This document shows, in pieces, positions 24,135-28,200 of a DNA stretch of 28,200 nucleotides. How positions within the stretch are numbered: the first letter of the stretch is position 1; the number at the start of each line of letters is the position of its first letter. A program made the position numbers and the translations under genes. Source of the stretch: Clostridia bacterium (GTDB lineage Bacteria; Bacillota; Clostridia; Christensenellales; Aristaeellaceae); NCBI GenBank assembly GCA_030526225.1, contig JAUNDF010000025.1:1-28200 (forward strand), read 5' to 3'. Below the pieces are notes generated by a model that saw only the letters and a program-made list of their open reading frames with translations, was not told the origin of the DNA and did no database searches.

Positions 24135-24205
24135 GCAATATCCCTCACAAAATTGAACGATACCAGAACCTCATCCGGCCGAACTGCGTTCAGTTCCACT
24201 TGCTT

Positions 24206-24258
24206 TGCCTTCCCCGCTGGGGAAGGTGGCGCGGCGCCTGCGCCGTGACGGATGAGGT
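24206..24258. repeat. 53-bp inverted repeat, right arm
   Basis: TGCCTTCCCCGCTGGGGAAGGTGGCGCGGCGCCTGCGCCGTGACGGATGAGGT. Both hairpins are preserved, and the CGGCGC-AG-GCGCCG stem carries compensatory changes relative to the left arm. A partial third copy, AACCTCATCCG, lies at 24168-24178. Confidence 0.85.
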
Positions 24259-24323
24259 CCTCGCAGCAGAAAGGGTCTTCCACAAGGGATTCACGCCCCT
24301 CAACAGTCCCCCTCTTCCATCCA

Positions 24324-25223
24324 TCACAAATACGCCGCATCCACTTCCTGCAGTTCCGCGTAGTTGTCGATTTCCATCACTGCGCCTTTGGGGCAGGGGC
24401 GGATTTCCACGCGGTAGTTGTCCTTGTGGGTCACCAGGGGGATGTACTCCCAGAACAGGTCATGGCCGCCCTCGGCGCGGTAGGCCTCCTGCCAGTCACG
24501 GCGGAGCTTGCGGCAGTCCTCCGCGTCCCAGTAGGTGATTTCGTACTGATTGTAGCAGCGGGTGCCGCCCTTGCGGTAGTTGGCGGCATAGCCTCCCTCC
24601 CAGTCGAAGCACCAGTCATCGGTCTCGAGGGAATAGCTGGCCAGATAGTTGCTGCAGTAGTGGTATTTGCGGATGACAGCGGGGTCGGTGAGCAGCAAAT
24701 CCCCGGCGCAGATGTAGGTGCGGTCGATGCTGTCCAGCGCCGCCAAAGCAGAGGAGATGTTGTTCTCCGTTTCGTACTTGTCGTTGTCCGCAAAGCGGAT
24801 GGCGGGGTACTTGTCCTTCAGCACATCGAACTTGTCCTTCAGGTAGCCGCGGACAATGGTGATGTCCGTAATGCCCACCGCCAGAAAGGCATCCAGCAGG
24901 CGGTCAATCATGCGGATGCCGTGGACGGTCACCAGCGGCTTGGGGGTGGTCAGGGTCACGGGGACCATGCGGGAGCCGAAGCCGGCGGCGAAAATCACCG
25001 CCCGTCTGGCGCGGTAGGGCTCCAGTGCCTCCAGCCCTGCAGGGGTCACAGCCAGCGCATCCCCCGTATCGCACAGCAGACCGCGGGCAAGCAAATCATC
25101 CCGCACGGATGTATATCTGCTGCCGGAAAGGCACAGTGCCTCGGCGCTCTCCCGCCATGCACGGCGGGGCAGGCCGCTTCTTTCCGCCAAAGCCAAAACC
25201 TCAAAGGAATATCTGTCAAGCAT
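24324..25223 (-). CDS. LicC-like nucleotidyltransferase (phospho-alcohol cytidylyltransferase family) with an N-terminal wHTH-like extension
   Basis: 299-aa ORF with an AGGAGG RBS 7 nt upstream. AVIFAAGFGSRMVPVTLTTPKPL is the nucleotidyltransferase P-loop. The N-terminal roughly 75 aa is paralogous to the 584-aa protein (..GLEALEPYRARRAVIFAAG versus ..GEEALEPYRVKGAVILAAG). Confidence 0.8.
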   Translation of the reverse strand: MLDRYSFEVLALAERSGLPRRAWRESAEALCLSGSRYTSVRDDLLARGLLCDTGDALAVTPAGLEALEPYRARRAVIFAAGFGSRMVPVTLTTPKPLVTVHGIRMIDRLLDAFLAVGITDITIVRGYLKDKFDVLKDKYPAIRFADNDKYETENNISSALAALDSIDRTYICAGDLLLTDPAVIRKYHYCSNYLASYSLETDDWCFDWEGGYAANYRKGGTRCYNQYEITYWDAEDCRKLRRDWQEAYRAEGGHDLFWEYIPLVTHKDNYRVEIRPCPKGAVMEIDNYAELQEVDAAYL

Positions 25224-25301
25224 GGAATTGCCTCCTGTTTGCTGGAAATCTACCTTTTATTATATCACCGAATGCCCGCGATTGCTACCGCGAATATGGG
25301 C

Positions 25302-25330
25302 TGTACAAACACACCCAATCACGCTATAAT
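25302..25330 (+). promoter_or_regulatory. Candidate promoter of ktrBA
   Basis: TGTACA (25302-25307), a 17-nt spacer, then TATAAT (25325-25330). It lies about 50 nt upstream of the ktrB ATG. Confidence 0.45.
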
Positions 25331-25380
25331 ATGGAAGAATTATCCTGACATATTTCTTTTTTGGTATAGAAGGAGGCAAT

Positions 25381-26751
25381 ATGCTTTCATCCGCCAGGCA
25401 AAAAAAGCGTGATTTCCGGCCCGAGCTGGTGATGCCGCTGGGCTTTCTTGTGCTGATTCTTCTGGGCATGGTCGTGCTGGCCCTGCCCTGCGCGACGGTG
25501 AAGGGCAAGAGCATCGGCCTGTTCAACGCACTGTTCACCGCCACCTCCGCCGTGTGCGTCACCGGCCTTGTAGCCGTGGATACCGGCACCACCTTCTCCA
25601 TGTTCGGGCAGTCGGCGCTGCTGGTGCTCATTCAGGTGGGCGGTCTGGGCTTTATGGTCTTCGCCACGCTGGTGATGCGCGCTCTTGGCATGCGCCTGAC
25701 GCTCCATGAGCGGATGATGATGCAGGAGGCCTCCGGCGCCTCCTCCATGTCCCAAATCCGCCGCATGATTCTCCGCTACGGTCGATTAGCCGTGTGCATC
25801 GAGCTGATTGGCGCGCTGCTGTTGGCCATCCGCTTTGTGCCCATGTACGGTCCGGGGAAGGGCATCTGGTTTTCCGTGTTCCACTCCGTCTCCGCCTTCT
25901 GCAACGCCGGCTTTGACCTGTTTGGCCGCTATTCCAGCCTGACGGGCTTCTGCAACGATCCGCTGGTAATTTTCACCATCAGCGGGCTGATTATCACCGG
26001 CGGCCTCGGCTTTGCGGTGATGCTGGAGATGTCCGGCAAGCGCTTCCGTTGGCGGGAGTTCTCCCTGCACACAAGGGTCGTGCTGCTGATGTCCGTCATC
26101 CTCACCCTGGGCGGCACCCTGCTGTACGCAGTCCTTTAGTGGAACAACCCGCAAACCCTTTCCGGCAGCGCCATTTCCGGTGACGGCAGCAGGCTGATGA
26201 ACGCCTTCTTCCAGTCAGTCACCATGCGCACCGCCGGCTTCAACTCCATCGACCTTAGCCGGATGCACGGCTCCAGCAAGCTCATCAGCGTGGTGCTGAT
26301 GTTCATCGGCGCGTCTCCCGCCTCCACCGGCGGCGGCGTGAAGACCACCACCATCGCCCTTGTGTTCCTGCTGCTGCACAGCGTGGCCAAGGGTCAGGAG
26401 GATGTGAACTGCATGCACAAGCGCATCCCCGAGCGGATGGTCAAGCGGGCCGTGAGCATCGTGACCATCGGCATGCTCAGCACCCTTGGCTGTGCCATCG
26501 CCCTGTCCATCACCCAGAAGGACACCGTGCCGATTATCGACCTGCTGTTTGAATCCGCCAGTGCCGCCGCCACCGTGGGCGTATCCTCCGCCGGCACGCC
26601 AACCTTCCGCATGCTGAGCAAAATCATCCTCATTCCCATTATGTTCGGCGGCCGCGTAGGCTCCCTGACACTGGCCACCGCCTTTGCCAGCCGCCATTCC
26701 ACCCGCAAGAACCTGATGAAATACGCCGAAGAAAGCATCATGATCGGTTAA
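25381..26751 (+). CDS. ktrB: KtrB/TrkH-family K+ transporter membrane subunit with one in-frame TAG at 26137-26139
   Basis: Two same-frame ORFs (25381-26136 and 26140-26751) are joined only by a TAG: ...LGGTLLYAVL[TAG]WNNPQTLSGSAISGDGSRLMNAFFQSVTMRTAGFNSIDLS...ASPASTGGGVKTTT... The total of 456 codons is full-length and colinear with KtrB/TrkH. It has an AGGAGG RBS and a final TAA stop. Confidence 0.85.
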
Positions 26752-26764
26752 AGGAGAGATTGAT

Positions 26765-27424
26765 ATGAAAAAGCAGAGAAAGCAGTTTCTGGTCATCGGT
26801 CTGGGCCGCTTCGGCTCCAGCGTGGCCAAGGCTTTGAGCGAGCTGGGCCACGAGGTGCTGGCCCTGGACAAGCAGCAGGAGCTGGTGGATGCCATGGCCC
26901 CCTATGTGACCGAGGCCATCTGCGCCGATTCCTCCGACGAAGATGTCCTGCGCTCCGTGGAGCCCTCCGTGTTTGATGCGGCCGTGGTCTCCATCGGTCA
27001 GGACACCCGCGGCTCCATCCTCATCACCGTGCTGTGCAAGGAAATGGGCTGCCCCTACGTCATCGCCAAGGCACAGGATGACCTCCACGGCAAGGTGCTG
27101 ACCAAGGTGGGCGCGGACAAGGTGGTCTACCCCGAGCGCGACATGGGTCAGCGGCTGGCCCGGAGCCTGAGCATGAACCACTTCATCGACATGATGGAGC
27201 TGGCCGACAATTTCGAGATGGTGGAATGCGCCGTCCCCGACGAGTGGGAAGGCCGCTCCATTCTGGAGCTGAACATCCGCCGCAACTACGGCATCAGCAT
27301 CGTGGCCATCAAGCGGGGCAGCAAGCTGATTCCCTCCCCCACCGCCGAGGAGATGTTCTCCGCCGACGATGTGCTGCTGATGCTGGGCGAAACGGACAAA
27401 ATTTCCAAGATTATCGGCAGGTGA
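26765..27424 (+). CDS. ktrA: KtrA/TrkA-type RCK-domain K+ uptake regulatory subunit
   Basis: 219-aa ORF with an AGGAGAG RBS. It has the Rossmann motif FLVIGLGRFGSSVAKAL and a TrkA-C domain. Its TGA stop overlaps the next ATG. Confidence 0.9.
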   Translation: MKKQRKQFLVIGLGRFGSSVAKALSELGHEVLALDKQQELVDAMAPYVTEAICADSSDEDVLRSVEPSVFDAAVVSIGQDTRGSILITVLCKEMGCPYVIAKAQDDLHGKVLTKVGADKVVYPERDMGQRLARSLSMNHFIDMMELADNFEMVECAVPDEWEGRSILELNIRRNYGISIVAIKRGSKLIPSPTAEEMFSADDVLLMLGETDKISKIIGR

Positions 27425-28200
27425 TGATGATGAAAACGCGTCCCGTCCCCGATTTTACTCTGCCCGAGGCACAGCCCTTCTTCCTCCCCGGGGATGACCA
27501 CGGCGTGCTGCTCATCCACGGCTTCACCGGCTCTGCGGCCCATATGCGCATGATTGGCGACCACCTGCATGACCGGGGCTTCACCGTGATGGGCATTAAC
27601 CTGCGCGGCCACGCCACGGAAATGAACGACATGCTCGCCTGCTCCTGGGAGACATGGCTGGAGGATGCCGTTTCCGCCCTGCATCAGCTGCAGGAAAAGT
27701 GCGGCAAGGTCAGCGTTTGCGGCCTGAGCATGGGCGGCGACCTGTCCCTGATTCTGGCCGCCCGGGAAAAGGTGACCGCCTGCGTCCCCATCTCCGCCCC
27801 CATGGCCGTAAAGGCCAAGCTGATGGGCATCGCCCGCCCGGCCTCCAAAATCGTGAAGCAAATCAACTGGGGCATGGATGACAAGCGGCAAGCCATGCTG
27901 GACAGCCGCTACGATCAGGGCTACATCGGCTTCCCCACCCGCACCGCCGCGGACCTGAACCGGCTCATCAAGCTGGCCAAGCGCAGCCTGCCGCAAATCA
28001 CCTGCCCGGTGCTGGCCATCCAGTCCCACGGCGATGAAACCATCTCCGCCAGCAGCGCCGGCACCATCGTCAAGGGCGTATCCTCCCCCACCGCCAACAT
28101 TCTCTGGCTGGATACCGTCCCCCACGTGTGCACCATCTCCTTCGAGCACGAGCGCATCGGCGAAGCCATCGGGGATTTTTTGAGAAGAGCGGAAGGGTGA
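27424..28200 (+). CDS. Alpha/beta-hydrolase carboxylesterase / monoacylglycerol-lipase-like protein
   Basis: The start MMMKTRPVPDF overlaps the ktrA stop (TGATG). HGFTGS is the oxyanion motif and CGLSMGG the nucleophile elbow. QSHGDE and VPHV are candidate Asp and His residues. The TGA stop falls at 28198-28200. Confidence 0.8.
   Translation: MMMKTRPVPDFTLPEAQPFFLPGDDHGVLLIHGFTGSAAHMRMIGDHLHDRGFTVMGINLRGHATEMNDMLACSWETWLEDAVSALHQLQEKCGKVSVCGLSMGGDLSLILAAREKVTACVPISAPMAVKAKLMGIARPASKIVKQINWGMDDKRQAMLDSRYDQGYIGFPTRTAADLNRLIKLAKRSLPQITCPVLAIQSHGDETISASSAGTIVKGVSSPTANILWLDTVPHVCTISFEHERIGEAIGDFLRRAEG

Noticed and set aside
25224-25380. A c-di-AMP (ydaO/kimA-type) riboswitch upstream of ktrB, as found before some K+ uptake genes.
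   Set aside because: The predicted 5' UTR is only about 50 nt. It lacks the long pseudo-symmetric structure such a riboswitch needs.
25381-26751. A naturally split KtrB, made as two half-transporters of two MPM repeats each.
   Set aside because: The second ORF has no convincing RBS before its first ATG (26197). The 19 codons between the TAG and that ATG encode the conserved WNNPxTL segment in frame. Continuous translation is therefore the simpler reading. It remains a formal alternative.
1-28200. CRISPR arrays, integrases, transposases, toxin-antitoxin pairs and recognisable defence-system genes.
   Set aside because: None found. There are no regularly spaced direct repeats. No ORF on either strand carries recombinase, transposase or known defence-protein motifs.

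Overview
The window looks like a high-GC Firmicutes chromosome, probably gut Clostridia given the GGAGG-type RBSs and gene content. That taxonomic call is inference. It holds about 25 genes.

Gene order, left to right:
- tail of a membrane protein, then pdxK and tRNA-Arg(CCU)
- a minus-strand CUT2 monosaccharide ABC operon (binding protein, double-ABC ATPase, two permeases, small 2-TM protein)
- an 844-aa fusion of an Lnt-like CN-hydrolase, a polytopic membrane region and a degenerate GGDEF domain (SGNEF)
- an accessory segment of about 8.7 kb, bracketed by a perfect 30-bp direct repeat of the rpsI 3' coding end. It carries a YcdX-like PHP phosphoesterase, a Bacillus-type fructoselysine operon (frlB-frlONM-frlD-frlR), two copies of an IR-bounded AT-rich element and a chimeric RhuM remnant.
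- rplM-rpsI
- a LicC/LicA-type nucleotidyltransferase-kinase fusion plus an amidohydrolase
- a DUF559 endonuclease cassette flanked by 53-bp inverted repeats, then a second LicC paralogue
- ktrB-ktrA and an alpha/beta esterase

Main signal: three otherwise intact, conserved genes (PHP phosphoesterase, DUF559, ktrB) each contain exactly one in-frame TAG where homologues carry a sense residue. None of the 25 gene ends I scored by hand uses TAG (15 TAA, 10 TGA). This pattern fits amber-codon reassignment or efficient suppression better than three independent pseudogenes. It needs a genome-wide test. I saw no CRISPR array, integrase or transposase.
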